From positions 12,800 through 76,799 of the forward strand of contig CASFWW010000002.1 in NCBI GenBank assembly GCA_949298505.1: DNA of 64,000 nucleotides, read 5' to 3'. The translations under genes and the position numbers were made by a program. Of the stretch, positions 19,173-28,624 are shown one piece after another (position 1 is the first letter of the stretch; each line of letters begins with the position of its first letter). Under the pieces are notes generated by a model. The model did no database searches. It worked only from the letters and a program-made list of their open reading frames with translations, and had not been told where the DNA came from. The DNA is from an uncultured Christensenella sp. (lineage in GTDB: Bacteria; Bacillota; Clostridia; Christensenellales; UBA3700).

Positions 19173-20231
19173 ATGGCAAATGTTAGAGTCGCTATCAACG
19201 GCTTCGGCCGTATCGGCAGATTGGCTTTCAGACAAATGTTCGGCGCTAAGGGCTACGAAGTAGTCGCTATCAACGACCTCACCAGCCCCAAAATGCTGGC
19301 TCATCTTCTCAAGTACGACACCATGCAGGGCAACTATGCGAGAAGCCACGAGGTAACTTACAAGGACGCCGTTATGGAAGAAGACGGCAAGACCGTTAAG
19401 GTTCCCGGTTCCATCATCGTCGACGGAAAGGAGATCACCATCTACGCTAAAGCTAACGCGGCTGAACTTCCCTGGGGCGAACTCAAGGTAGACGTCGTTC
19501 TCGAATGCACCGGTTTCTACACCAGCAAGGCTAAGGCAATGGCTCACGTTAACGCCGGCGCTAAGAAGGTCGTCATCTCCGCTCCCGCAGGCAATGACCT
19601 CCCCACCATCGTTTACAACGTCAACCACAAGACCCTCACCACCGAGGACAACATCATTTCCGCAGCTTCCTGCACCACCAACTGTCTCGCTCCTATGGCT
19701 AAGGCTCTCAACGATTACGCTCCCATCGTCAGCGGTATCATGACCACCGTTCACGCTTACACCGGCGATCAGATGATCCTCGACGGTCCGCAGAGAAAGG
19801 GCGACCTCAGAAGATCCAGAGCGGGCGCTCAGAACATCGTTCCCAACAGCACCGGCGCAGCTAAGGCTATCGGTCTCGTTATCCCCGAGCTCAACGGCAA
19901 GCTGATCGGTTCCGCTCAGCGTGTTCCTACCGCTACCGGTTCCACGACCATCCTCGTCGCGGTTGTCAAGGGCAAGGACGTTACCAAGGAAGGCATCAAC
20001 GCTGCTATGAAGGCTGAAGCAACCGAGTCTTTCGGTTACAACACCGACGAGATCGTTTCTTCCGACGTTATCGGCATGACCTACGGTTCTCTGTTCGACG
20101 CAACTCAGACCATGGTTTCCAAGATCGACGACGACACCTATCAGGTTCAGGTCGTTTCCTGGTACGACAACGAGAACAGCTACACCAGCCAGATGGTAAG
20201 AACCATCAAGTACTTCGCTGAACTCAAGTAA
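19173..20231 (+). CDS. gap: glyceraldehyde-3-phosphate dehydrogenase (type I)
   Basis: [16 protein letters not shown], active-site [23 protein letters not shown] at 19157. The upstream part of the listed ORF (from 19044) has no homology-like sequence. Confidence 0.95.
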   Translation: MANVRVAINGFGRIGRLAFRQMFGAKGYEVVAINDLTSPKMLAHLLKYDTMQGNYARSHEVTYKDAVMEEDGKTVKVPGSIIVDGKEITIYAKANAAELPWGELKVDVVLECTGFYTSKAKAMAHVNAGAKKVVISAPAGNDLPTIVYNVNHKTLTTEDNIISAASCTTNCLAPMAKALNDYAPIVSGIMTTVHAYTGDQMILDGPQRKGDLRRSRAGAQNIVPNSTGAAKAIGLVIPELNGKLIGSAQRVPTATGSTTILVAVVKGKDVTKEGINAAMKAEATESFGYNTDEIVSSDVIGMTYGSLFDATQTMVSKIDDDTYQVQVVSWYDNENSYTSQMVRTIKYFAELK

Positions 20232-20325
20232 TCGGGCGGAATTTCTCAACTTTAAACGAAACTTTTCGCTCCGCGGCAGTATACCTGCTTCGGGGCGATC
20301 TTATTAAAAAACGGAGGAAAGGATT

Positions 20326-20631
20326 ATGGCAAAGAAACAAAGAACCGAAGGCGCGGCAAAAAGAGACCTGACCAAAATATGTGCGTTCTGGTCGCTTGCA
20401 ATTGCAATCGTACTGTTTGTGGTACAGCTCATCCTCAACGCGGTAGGCGTTAACTTGGGAAGTTTTGCAAATCTGTGCACAATAATTGCGACAGTCATGC
20501 TCGGTATAGCGATCGCGTTCCCTGCGTGGTCTTACGCTTGCGCGAGGGGTAAAGGTTGGAAGATATTTTGCATCATACTGCTTGTGCTTTATTTCATACT
20601 CGCGATATGCGGCAATATCAATTTCGGTTAA
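20326..20631 (+). CDS. small integral membrane protein (101 aa, about 3 TM helices), function unknown
   Basis: GGAGGA RBS. Hydrophobic segments FWSLAIAIVLFVVQLIL, IIATVMLGIAIAFPAW, IFCIILLVLYFILAICG. Confidence 0.65.
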   Translation: MAKKQRTEGAAKRDLTKICAFWSLAIAIVLFVVQLILNAVGVNLGSFANLCTIIATVMLGIAIAFPAWSYACARGKGWKIFCIILLVLYFILAICGNINFG

Positions 20632-20646
20632 TATTAAAAAATCGCT

Positions 20647-20674
20647 GACCGCCCGTCATGGGCGGTCTTTTTTT
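20647..20674 (+). terminator. rho-independent terminator
   Basis: gaccgccc / gggcggtc stem with loop gtcat, then TTTTTTT. Confidence 0.85.
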
Positions 20675-20959
20675 AAAGAAATTTAACGTTCAGACTTTTA
20701 AGATAAAATCGAAACGGATATGCAAGATTGCTTAACCTTGAGATCTTTGCTGGAACTGGCCGAAGTTTTATAAACAGAGACGCAACGCGTGTGCACAGTC
20801 CCAGACGGCACACATTTTCATTGCGTTTAAAGTAAAACCGACTTTTTCGACGGGAGAGTCGCATTTAGGTTTTGCGGAAATAAAAGGTATAAAGTCGTGG
20901 AAAAAGAGGATAATCCTGCGCTTGCGCGCGTACGCGTACTGCGCGCGTAAAAATAAGCG

Positions 20960-20988
20960 TTGACAATCGGAATATTTGCGAGTAAAAT
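20960..20988 (+). promoter_or_regulatory. promoter TTGACA-17-TAAAAT upstream of the ClC gene
   Basis: TTGACA 20960-20965, TAAAAT 20983-20988. Confidence 0.55.
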
Positions 20989-21009
20989 ATTCAAGGTAAA
21001 GGACTTACT

Positions 21010-22572
21010 ATGACTGCAAAAGAGAGAAGAAGCGCTTATGCGTACAAGATCAGAAATATTATAATCCCGGTGATTTTCTACTGCGGCCTTGCGGGAATAC
21101 TCGCTGGGCTTACGGTAGCTTTTTTCAACCGTGCGGCAAATCTGCTGACCGGTTATTCCACTCAGCTTTACGGATGGTTCAAAGAAAATCCCGCTTATAT
21201 TCCGCTTTTGTTCTTGGGGCTTGCGTTGCTTGCCGGCGCGATGTGGCTTGTCCATAAGTTTACCCCTGAGGTAAGAGGAAGCGGCATACCGCAGACCGAA
21301 GGAGTTATGAGAGGGCTTCTCACGTTCAGGTGGTTAAGAGTGCTGATATCGACCTGTATAGGCAGTTTCATCAGCTTTTTCGCGGGACTTTCTCTGGGCA
21401 GCGAAGGACCCAGCGTTCAGATAGGAGCGACGACGGCTCAAGGTGCGGCGAAACTTATGAAAGCGCGCGCGGCTTGGCAGAGATACGTCGTTACGGGCGG
21501 AGCGAGCGCAGGTCTTGCCGTAGCGTTCAATGCTCCGCTTACGGGCATACTTTTCGCGATAGAGGAAGGGCACAGAAGGGTTACCCCGATGCTGTTGCTT
21601 TCGGCTTCGTCTTCTGTCATATTCGCCACTATCGTTTACAGAACGGTCGCTCAGCTGTGGGGCGGCGCGGACAATATGCTCTTCGAACTCGGCGTTCTCG
21701 AAATGCTTCCGATAAATCAGCTGTGGATGCTGTTCCTGCTCGGTCTGGGTTGCGGCGCGGCGGCGATATTCTTTAATTTCGCGCTCAACCGTTCTCAGAG
21801 GGCTACCGATAAGATAGAAAAAAAGACTCCGTTCTGGGCGAGACTTCTCGTCGCGTTCCTGCTTACCGGCGTGGTCGGACCTCTGCTTACGGACGCAAAC
21901 ACGGGCGGTCACGGACTTATCGAAAAGATTGCCGAACAGGATTTCACTATACAGATGCTGTTGCTTTTACTCGTAGTGAAAATGGTGATGATAGTTATCT
22001 GTTTCAACAGCGGCGCTACGGGCGGTATGTTCGTTCCAATGCTCGCGATAGGAGCGCTTGTCGGCGGCATATTCGGCAAGCTGTTCATGCTGTGGGGCAT
22101 GGATCCCGACTGTTATAAACTGATAGTCTGCGTCGCGATGACGACCTTCTTCGGCGCGAGCGTGCGCGCTCCGCTCACCGCGATAGTGCTGATAGTGGAG
22201 ATCACGGGTTACAATTCGGGCTTCCTGCCCGCTTCGATAGCGATATTCACTGCGTTTCTCGTCGCGGAACTTCTGGGCAACCGTCCGCTTTACGAAGAGA
22301 TGCTTGAACGCACTCTCGAAAGGAGACAGAAGAAGGAGACCAAAGACGTACGCATGGAGGTCGAGATCGAACTGGGCAGCTTCCTTGCGGGAAAGAGCAT
22401 AAACGACGTGCTGTGGCCTGCCAACTGTCTGGTGACAAAAGTTATCAGGGGTGAAGAAAGCCTTATCGCCGACGGGGAAATGAGGTTGCAGGCAGGCGAT
22501 GTAATCGTCATCAAGGCAAATACCGACGACGTTGACAAGACTTACGAGTATATACAAAGTATGATAAAATAA
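21010..22572 (+). CDS. ClC-family chloride channel / H+-Cl- exchanger with C-terminal TrkA-C (RCK_C) domain
   Basis: ClC selectivity motifs GSGIPQ, GSEGPSVQ, GGMFVP. C-terminal LAGKSINDV...LQAGDVIVIKAN is typical of TrkA-C. Confidence 0.9.
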   Translation: MTAKERRSAYAYKIRNIIIPVIFYCGLAGILAGLTVAFFNRAANLLTGYSTQLYGWFKENPAYIPLLFLGLALLAGAMWLVHKFTPEVRGSGIPQTEGVMRGLLTFRWLRVLISTCIGSFISFFAGLSLGSEGPSVQIGATTAQGAAKLMKARAAWQRYVVTGGASAGLAVAFNAPLTGILFAIEEGHRRVTPMLLLSASSSVIFATIVYRTVAQLWGGADNMLFELGVLEMLPINQLWMLFLLGLGCGAAAIFFNFALNRSQRATDKIEKKTPFWARLLVAFLLTGVVGPLLTDANTGGHGLIEKIAEQDFTIQMLLLLLVVKMVMIVICFNSGATGGMFVPMLAIGALVGGIFGKLFMLWGMDPDCYKLIVCVAMTTFFGASVRAPLTAIVLIVEITGYNSGFLPASIAIFTAFLVAELLGNRPLYEEMLERTLERRQKKETKDVRMEVEIELGSFLAGKSINDVLWPANCLVTKVIRGEESLIADGEMRLQAGDVIVIKANTDDVDKTYEYIQSMIK

Positions 22573-22620
22573 ACGGATTTTCTTAAACGCTTTTATATAA
22601 GCGCAATTAAACGACCGTTA

Positions 22621-22698
22621 AAAAAGCTCCGCATATTTGATGTGCACCTCCAAAAGTGTCCAACTTTTGGGGTTCACCTCATATTCCGCGGAGCTTTT
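22621..22698. terminator. 78-nt nested imperfect hairpin between convergent genes; probable bidirectional terminator
   Basis: Outer stem aaaagctccgc (22622-22632) / gcggagctttt (22688-22698). The inner arm of about 19 nt pairs with 3 mismatches around loop gtcca. A-run and T-run flank it. Confidence 0.55.
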
Positions 22699-22739
22699 CA
22701 GTTGCTTTGTTTTACCCTGTAAGTGAGATCTTTATATCT

Positions 22740-23690
22740 TCAGAGCGGTCTGAATTCGTCTCCCGCACCGAGCTTTTTTGCCTCTTTATATCCGTCGTCG
22801 CCTTTTCTGAGACTTACGGGAGATACGCTTTTTCCGTCGCATACGGTAAGCGTTATTTTGCCTTTTTCGGTCAGCGGGTGACGGAGCACGCGCGCTTTGC
22901 AGGCGGATAAGGAGCCGTCGACGCAGAATGCAGAATAGGTGAACTTTTCGTCCTCGAACGGGGAGTCTCCGTCTTTCAGGAACTTGTGCAGACGGCTTCT
23001 TTCCACGCGGCAGGTAAAGTGACACCAGTCGTTTTCGGGAAGAGGGCAGGTCTCGTTCTGAGGGCACGGAGCGATAAGCGCAGCGCCTTTATCCGCCATA
23101 TATTTTCTTATCTCTTTTTGCAGCGAAAACGCTTTAGGGGTGCCGCTTTCTACTATGAGAAGCAGCTTTTTCGTTGAGGAAAGCAGTTTGTCGAGAAGTT
23201 TTTCGCGTGTATCCTTGCTCATTTCGTTGAGCGCGTAAGAAGCGGTGACGAGGTCGTATTTTCCGTCGGGAGTAAAGTCGGCAGCGTCGCTTTTTATTAT
23301 CTTCGCGTTCAATCCGCCCGCTTCGCAGAAAGAACGGGCAACGGATATCATCGCTTTTTCGCGTTCTACGAGAACGGCGTTACCTACTCCCGTGACTTCG
23401 TGCGCCGCGAAAAAAGCCGCTCCTGTTCCGGCACCTACGTCGAGCATGGACGAAAAGCTTTCGTCTCCCGCACTCGATTTAAGCGCAGAGTATACGGCGG
23501 CGTAAGTCGCGGGCATGCGCACCGCGGCGTATACGACTGCCTGTTCGTCGGTCGTAACAAGGCGCGCGCCGTCGCTTTTGTTATTCAGATAGGCGTCGGA
23601 AAGAGCGGACGAAAGCTTTTTCAGCTGCGAGGGTTTATACCTTTCTGCGAGTTTTTCCGTCTGAGCTCTTACGTAATCGGGAAGTATCAT
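22740..23690 (-). CDS. Rsm22-like class I SAM-dependent methyltransferase with C-terminal Cys cluster
   Basis: LDVGAGTGAA SAM motif. N-terminal VYAAVRMPATYAAVYSAL is typical of the Rsm22/COG5459 family. CPQNETCPL...WCHFTC. GAGGTG RBS. Confidence 0.75.
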   Translation of the reverse strand: MILPDYVRAQTEKLAERYKPSQLKKLSSALSDAYLNNKSDGARLVTTDEQAVVYAAVRMPATYAAVYSALKSSAGDESFSSMLDVGAGTGAAFFAAHEVTGVGNAVLVEREKAMISVARSFCEAGGLNAKIIKSDAADFTPDGKYDLVTASYALNEMSKDTREKLLDKLLSSTKKLLLIVESGTPKAFSLQKEIRKYMADKGAALIAPCPQNETCPLPENDWCHFTCRVERSRLHKFLKDGDSPFEDEKFTYSAFCVDGSLSACKARVLRHPLTEKGKITLTVCDGKSVSPVSLRKGDDGYKEAKKLGAGDEFRPL

Positions 23691-23706
23691 TTTTCACCTC
23701 GTTTTT

Positions 23707-23735
23707 ATTATAAGGCTTTAAATTCAAAATTTCAA
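23707..23735 (-). promoter_or_regulatory. promoter TTGAAA-17-TATAAT (minus strand) for the methyltransferase gene
   Basis: Reverse complement: -35 at 23730-23735, -10 at 23707-23712. Confidence 0.55.
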
Positions 23736-23755
23736 CGCGAAATACGTTCTGAATG

Positions 23756-23786
23756 AAAAACGCTTCCTCGGATAAAAAGGAAGCGT
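23756..23786 (-). terminator. rho-independent terminator of the ABC-F gene
   Basis: acgcttcct (23760-23768) / aggaagcgt (23778-23786). On the minus strand it is followed by TTTTT (plus-strand aaaaa 23756-23760). Confidence 0.8.
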
Positions 23787-23844
23787 TGTCGGATCGTTTA
23801 TTTCCGCAGTCGAAGAGTGTTTTGCGGGGAAGATAAAAGTCGTA

Positions 23845-25407
23845 TCAATGCCCCAGTTTAACCGTTTCGACGTCGAATATCTTGTCGCAGAGTTTTTCAG
23901 CGTAAAGCGGCTCGTGGCTGACCAGTATCACCGCGCCTTCATATTGTGCAAGCGCTTCAAACAGCGCCTCTTTCGCGTTTACGTCCAGGTGGTTTGTCGG
24001 TTCGTCGAGGACGAGAAGGTTGCTTTCTTTCTGCATAAGCGCACACAGCTTTATCTTGACCTGTTCGCCGCCGCTGAGGTTTCCGATAGCCTTTGTCGCA
24101 AGGTCGCCTTTTATACCGACTCCCGCCAGTTTTGTGCGTATTTCTTTTGCCGACATTCTGGGGAAGGTCTCGTTCATAAACGACACCGCGTTGTAGCCGT
24201 AAGTCCTGAAAATGAGATCCTGCTCGATATAGTTGACCTTGGCGTTGGGGTTGTACGAAAAGCCGCCGGACACGGGTTTCAGCTTGCCCATGATCGTCTT
24301 GAGCAGGGTGGTCTTGCCTATGCCGTTGGTTCCGCGGATCCACAGTTTTGTATCGCCGCCGATCGTAAACGACACGGGCGGTAATATCGCCTTGCCGTCG
24401 TAGCCCACTTCAAGGTCTTTGACTTCGAGAAGTTTTTTGGTCACTACGAGAGAGTAGGGAAAGCTGAAAGAAGGTTTTTCCACGTTGACAGGCTTTTGCA
24501 TGACTTCGATGCGGTCGAGCATCTTTTTGCGGCTGTTCGCCATGCCTGCGGTCGCCGCGCGCGCCTTGTTGCGAGCGATGTAGTCTTCCATACGCTTTAT
24601 CTCGCGTTGCTGGCGCTCGTAGTTGTCGGCGTACTGTTTTGCGTTCTGTTCGTGCTGGGCGAGGTATTCGTCGTAGTTGCCCCAGTATTTCTTTATCTGC
24701 CCGTTTTCTATGTTTACGATTATCTTGCAGACGTCGTTGAGGAATACCGTGTCGTGAGAGATGAGGATGAAGGTACCCTTGTAGCCGTCCAGGAATTTTC
24801 TCAGCCATTCTATATGCTCGAGGTCGAGGAAGTTGGTCGGCTCGTCGAGAAGCATGACGTCCAGGTTTTCGAGCAGAAGTTTTGCCAGCATGAGTTTGGC
24901 ACGCTGACCGCCGCTCAGCCTGGATATCACGGTGTCGTAGCCGAACGCGCTGATGCCGAGGCCGCCTGCGACTTTTTTGATCTGAGAATCGAGGTCGTAG
25001 AAATTCGCGTCTTCAAGCTGCTCCTGCATACGGCTGCTTTTGGTTATCATCGCGTCAAGTTTGTCGGGATCGCTTTCGTCGCCCATCGCGGCATAAAGGT
25101 TTTCAAGCGCTTCGTTGAGAGCGTAAAGGTGGTTGAAAGAGCCTTTCAGATACTCCATCACGGTTTGAGAGCGGTCGATATCCGCATGCTGATCAAGGTA
25201 GCCGAAGCGTATGCCTGAAAGCCACTTTATTTCGCCCGCGTCCTGAGACAACCTTCCCGAGATTATATTCATAAATGTGGATTTGCCCGCGCCGTTAAGT
25301 CCGACCACGCCGATATGCTCGCCGTTGTTGACGGTGAGGTCGGCATTGTCGAAAAGCACTTTATTGTCAAAGACGTGGGTCAGACCCTTTATGGTAAGAA
25401 TACTCAT
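23845..25407 (-). CDS. ABC-F family ATPase (translation-associated, short inter-domain linker)
   Basis: Two NBDs with Walker A GLNGAGKST / GTNGIGKTT and signatures LSGGQ / LSGGE. Canonical N-terminus MSILTIKGLTHVF; the upstream M of the listed ORF lies beyond the promoter. Linker is about 55 aa. Confidence 0.9.
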   Translation of the reverse strand: MSILTIKGLTHVFDNKVLFDNADLTVNNGEHIGVVGLNGAGKSTFMNIISGRLSQDAGEIKWLSGIRFGYLDQHADIDRSQTVMEYLKGSFNHLYALNEALENLYAAMGDESDPDKLDAMITKSSRMQEQLEDANFYDLDSQIKKVAGGLGISAFGYDTVISRLSGGQRAKLMLAKLLLENLDVMLLDEPTNFLDLEHIEWLRKFLDGYKGTFILISHDTVFLNDVCKIIVNIENGQIKKYWGNYDEYLAQHEQNAKQYADNYERQQREIKRMEDYIARNKARAATAGMANSRKKMLDRIEVMQKPVNVEKPSFSFPYSLVVTKKLLEVKDLEVGYDGKAILPPVSFTIGGDTKLWIRGTNGIGKTTLLKTIMGKLKPVSGGFSYNPNAKVNYIEQDLIFRTYGYNAVSFMNETFPRMSAKEIRTKLAGVGIKGDLATKAIGNLSGGEQVKIKLCALMQKESNLLVLDEPTNHLDVNAKEALFEALAQYEGAVILVSHEPLYAEKLCDKIFDVETVKLGH

Positions 25408-25417
25408 AGCACCGACT

Positions 25418-25446
25418 ATTTTACAATAAGAGGCGAAAACAGTCAA
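25418..25446 (-). promoter_or_regulatory. promoter TTGACT-17-TAAAAT (minus) ending 10 nt before the ABC-F ATG
   Basis: Reverse complement: -35 at 25441-25446, -10 at 25418-25423. Only agtcggtgct lies between the -10 and ATG 25407. Confidence 0.55.
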
Positions 25447-25463
25447 CTTTTTCGCGCGCACTA

Positions 25464-25492
25464 TTGAAAGAGCGGCAGTGTAATGATAAAAT
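25464..25492 (+). promoter_or_regulatory. promoter TTGAAA-17-TAAAAT for the Gfo/Idh/MocA gene
   Basis: TTGAAA 25464-25469, TAAAAT 25487-25492, then a leader with AAGGAG. Confidence 0.55.
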
Positions 25493-25511
25493 GTTAGAAA
25501 AGGAGAAAAAT

Positions 25512-26498
25512 ATGAAAGAATTCAGATGGGGCGTTATAGGCGCAGGAATGATAGCGAAAACGGTTTGCAGAGAAATCGTGAAGAGCGGGAGACATAAGAT
25601 CGCCGCGGTATATTCGCGTACGTATGCCAACGCGCGTAAGCTGGCGAAAAAATACGGCGCGAAATGTTACGGAACGCTTGACGAAATGCTTGAAGACAAG
25701 GACGTCGACGGCGTGTATATCGCTACGCCTCACTCTGCGCATTACGCGAATATGCTCGCTTGTCTTGATCATGGCAAACCGTCGCTTACCGAAAAGGCGT
25801 TCACCGTGAACGCCGCTCAGGCAGAAAAGGTGATCACGCTGGCAAAAGAGAGGAAAATCCTTGTCTGCGAAGCTATGTGGACGAGGTTTCAGCCCGTAGT
25901 GCTGGCGGTTGCCGACGAGATAGCAAGCGGGGCAATAGGCGATATAAAGCGCTTTAAAGGCGGCTTTTCCACTCCGGCAACGTGGGTCAGACCGTTTTTG
26001 TCGGACAGGCTGTTCAAGCCCGAATATGCCGGCGGCGCGCTCCTCGACGTGGGCGTATATCCGCTTTCTTTTGCCGAGATGCTCCTGGGAAGACCGTGGG
26101 ATATAGAGATACGCGCGGAACTAGCGGACGGCATAGATTATTCGGACGAGATAAGGCTGACTTATCCCAAAGACGCGGTGTGCGAGCTCAGTTGTACGCT
26201 GAAAGGGCTGAGGAGCTTTACCGGGGTGATAGAAGGAGAGACGGGAAAGATCGTGATGCCCAATTACACACGCCCGAAAAAGGCGGTCGTTTACGGTGCG
26301 GACGGCAAGGTTAAAAAGGTGATAAGGGGCAAGAGGGGATACGTCTACGAGTTCGACGCTTTTGCCGACAGCGTCAGGAGAGGAGAGACTGAGTGCAGGT
26401 TCATGCCTTATATAGACACGGTTGAAGTGATGAAAATTATGGACGATTGCAGAAAATTATCAGGGCTTGCATATCCTGAAAACATCGAAAACACGTAA
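25512..26498 (+). CDS. Gfo/Idh/MocA family NAD(P)-dependent oxidoreductase
   Basis: FRWGVIGAGMIAK Rossmann start, ATPHSAHY, EKAF motif. AAGGAG RBS before ATG 25512. Confidence 0.85.
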   Translation: MKEFRWGVIGAGMIAKTVCREIVKSGRHKIAAVYSRTYANARKLAKKYGAKCYGTLDEMLEDKDVDGVYIATPHSAHYANMLACLDHGKPSLTEKAFTVNAAQAEKVITLAKERKILVCEAMWTRFQPVVLAVADEIASGAIGDIKRFKGGFSTPATWVRPFLSDRLFKPEYAGGALLDVGVYPLSFAEMLLGRPWDIEIRAELADGIDYSDEIRLTYPKDAVCELSCTLKGLRSFTGVIEGETGKIVMPNYTRPKKAVVYGADGKVKKVIRGKRGYVYEFDAFADSVRRGETECRFMPYIDTVEVMKIMDDCRKLSGLAYPENIENT

Positions 26499-26588
26499 AA
26501 GTCGGTTTGTGACAAGCATAACATATGTCAATTACGGTAAAAAATGCGATGTTTTGCGTAAAACAGGGCAAAAAAATAATATTGTATA

Positions 26589-26618
26589 TTGAAAACGCAA
26601 AAGATATTATGCTATAAT
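26589..26618 (+). promoter_or_regulatory. glg operon promoter TTGAAA-18-TATAAT
   Basis: TTGAAA 26589-26594, tgcTATAAT with -10 at 26613-26618. Confidence 0.5.
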
Positions 26619-26649
26619 AATTACAAGTAAATTAGAAGAGGAAGTCTTT

Positions 26650-28572
26650 ATGGTCGAAAATTCCAAGAAGAAAGAACTCAGCCTGCCCGTATACCTTTTT
26701 CACGAAGGTACGAATTACGAGGCATACAAACTTTTCAGTCCGTCCTGCGAGAAGATCGGCAAATCTAACGTGTGGACTTTCAGAGTCTGGGCGCCGCATG
26801 CGGAAAGCGTCAGCGTGGTCGGTGATTTCAACAAGTGGGACAGAGACGTCAATCCGATGACACGGGACGGCGAGATCTGGGAATGTAAGATAGAAGGTCT
26901 TGAGAATTTCGCGACTTATAAGTTCAGCATACAGACCAAAAAGGGCGATATCCTTATGAAGTGCGACCCGTTCGCCACCCATGCGGAGACAGCTCCAGCC
27001 AACGCTTCCAAGCTGTTCAGGTCGACTTACGTCTGGGGAGACTCAAAGTGGCAGGATTCGAAGAAGAAGTACGATCCATATCATTCTCCGATGAACATTT
27101 ACGAGGTCCATCTCGGCAGCTGGCGCAGGTATGAGGACGGCAACATCTACAATTACCGCAAGATAGCTGACGAACTCAGCGTATACGTAAAAGAAATGGG
27201 CTATACCCACGTTGAGATCCTGCCGGTCACGGAATATCCTTTCGACGGCAGCTGGGGATATCAGGTCACCGGTATGTACGCGCCGACGTCGCGTTACGGC
27301 ACGCCCGACGATTTCAGATATTTCGTGGACAAGATGCACAAGAGCGGGATCGGCGTCATCCTTGACTGGGTGGTCGCGCATTTCCCCAAGGACGCGCACG
27401 GTCTTTACGAGTTTGACGGAGAGCCGCTTTACGAATATTCGGACGAACTCAAAAAGGAGCACAAGGAGTGGGGCACGAGAGTGTTCGACTACGGCAGGGC
27501 AGAAGTCAGGAGTTTCCTTATTTCGTCCGCAAGTTACTGGGTCAACGAGTTCCACGTCGACGGCATCAGGATGGACGCCGTCGCCAGCATGCTTTATCTC
27601 GACTACGGCAGGAGAGACGGCGCGTGGAGAGCCAACGCTTTCGGCGGCAATTACAACTTAGAGGCGATAGATTTCATAAAGCAGCTCAACACAGAGCTTC
27701 TTTCCAAGCATCCCGGACTTCTTATGATAGCGGAAGAGTCCACCGCGTTCCCGATGGTGACCAAGCCTGCGTACGACGGCGGTCTCGGCTTTAATTTCAA
27801 GTGGAATATGGGCTGGATGAACGACATACTCTGTTACGTGTCAGCCAATCCTTTCTTCCGCAAGGATATGCACGACAAGATCACTTTCTCGATCACGTAC
27901 GCGTTTTCGGAGAACTACATACTCCCGATATCTCACGACGAAGTGGTACACGGCAAGAGATCACTTCTCAACAGGATGCCGGGCGAATATCAGGAGAAGT
28001 TCGACGGCGACAAGGCGTTCCTCGGCTATATGATGGCGCATCCCGGCAAGAAGCTTCTGTTCATGGGCGGCGAGTTCGGGCAGTTCATAGAGTGGGACTA
28101 CAAAAAGCAGCTCGACTGGTTCCTTCTGGACTACGACAGCCACCGCAACCTGCACAATTTCGTCAAGGATCTGAACGCGTATTATCTCGCGCACAAGGAA
28201 ATGTACGAAGAAGATTGCAGCTACGACGGCTTCAAGTGGATATGCGTGGACGACAACACTCAGAACATCGTGGCGTTCAAGCGCGAAGCGAAGAACGGCG
28301 ATTACACCGTTGCGGTGATCAATTTCAGCCCGGTGAGGAGGCAGAACTACTGCCTCGGCGTGCCTGAGTATAAATATTACGACGTCAGGCTTGACAGCAA
28401 TTCTCCCAGGTACGGAGGCAATTCCGGCGTGACGAAGTATGAGCCTTTCGATGGAGAGATGCACGGTTTCGGGCAGTATATCAGCGTCGACGTCGCTCCC
28501 AACAGCGTCGTTTACCTCAAACCGGGCAAGTCTAAAAAGAGGAAGAAAAAGGTCGAAAAGGCCGCAAAATGA
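26650..28572 (+). CDS. glgB: 1,4-alpha-glucan branching enzyme
   Basis: GH13 branching-enzyme motifs: DWVVAHFP, GIRMDAVASMLY, AEESTAFP, SHDEVVHGK. Confidence 0.95.
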   Translation: MVENSKKKELSLPVYLFHEGTNYEAYKLFSPSCEKIGKSNVWTFRVWAPHAESVSVVGDFNKWDRDVNPMTRDGEIWECKIEGLENFATYKFSIQTKKGDILMKCDPFATHAETAPANASKLFRSTYVWGDSKWQDSKKKYDPYHSPMNIYEVHLGSWRRYEDGNIYNYRKIADELSVYVKEMGYTHVEILPVTEYPFDGSWGYQVTGMYAPTSRYGTPDDFRYFVDKMHKSGIGVILDWVVAHFPKDAHGLYEFDGEPLYEYSDELKKEHKEWGTRVFDYGRAEVRSFLISSASYWVNEFHVDGIRMDAVASMLYLDYGRRDGAWRANAFGGNYNLEAIDFIKQLNTELLSKHPGLLMIAEESTAFPMVTKPAYDGGLGFNFKWNMGWMNDILCYVSANPFFRKDMHDKITFSITYAFSENYILPISHDEVVHGKRSLLNRMPGEYQEKFDGDKAFLGYMMAHPGKKLLFMGGEFGQFIEWDYKKQLDWFLLDYDSHRNLHNFVKDLNAYYLAHKEMYEEDCSYDGFKWICVDDNTQNIVAFKREAKNGDYTVAVINFSPVRRQNYCLGVPEYKYYDVRLDSNSPRYGGNSGVTKYEPFDGEMHGFGQYISVDVAPNSVVYLKPGKSKKRKKKVEKAAK

Positions 28573-28624
28573 AAAATAATACAATTGTGGCGTGAGCCAC
28601 GACATATTTGATGAGGAGGAGATT

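Noticed and set aside
19164-20249. 361-aa minus-strand ORF opposite gap. Similar long antisense ORFs occur at 17357..18562, 14410..15450, 56008..57123, 32874..34235, 37373..38167, 6939..7721 and 51712..52212.
   Set aside because: Each lies antisense to a gene with clear family motifs. All lack RBSs and have low-complexity Arg/Val/Asp-rich translations. They are a consequence of codon bias, not genes.
20924-20947. Alternating-CG palindrome GCGCGCGTACGCGTACTGCGCGCG (plus AGGATAATCCT at 20907-20917) just upstream of the ClC promoter
   Set aside because: It could be a regulator site or Z-DNA-prone tract. It has no T-run so it is not a terminator, I see no second copy, and I recognise no known motif. 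Support is insufficient.
20675-21009. Possible fluoride (crcB) or other riboswitch upstream of the ClC gene
   Set aside because: No crcB-motif core or other riboswitch consensus was recognisable. The ClC is a 520-aa RCK_C-bearing type rather than a short ClC-F. Only a promoter is supported 22 nt upstream of the ATG.
26588-26603. cre (CcpA)-like sequence TTGAAAACGCAAAAGA overlapping the glg promoter -35
   Set aside because: It matches only the left arm and centre of WTGNAANCGNWNNCW. The right arm (..CW) is missing.
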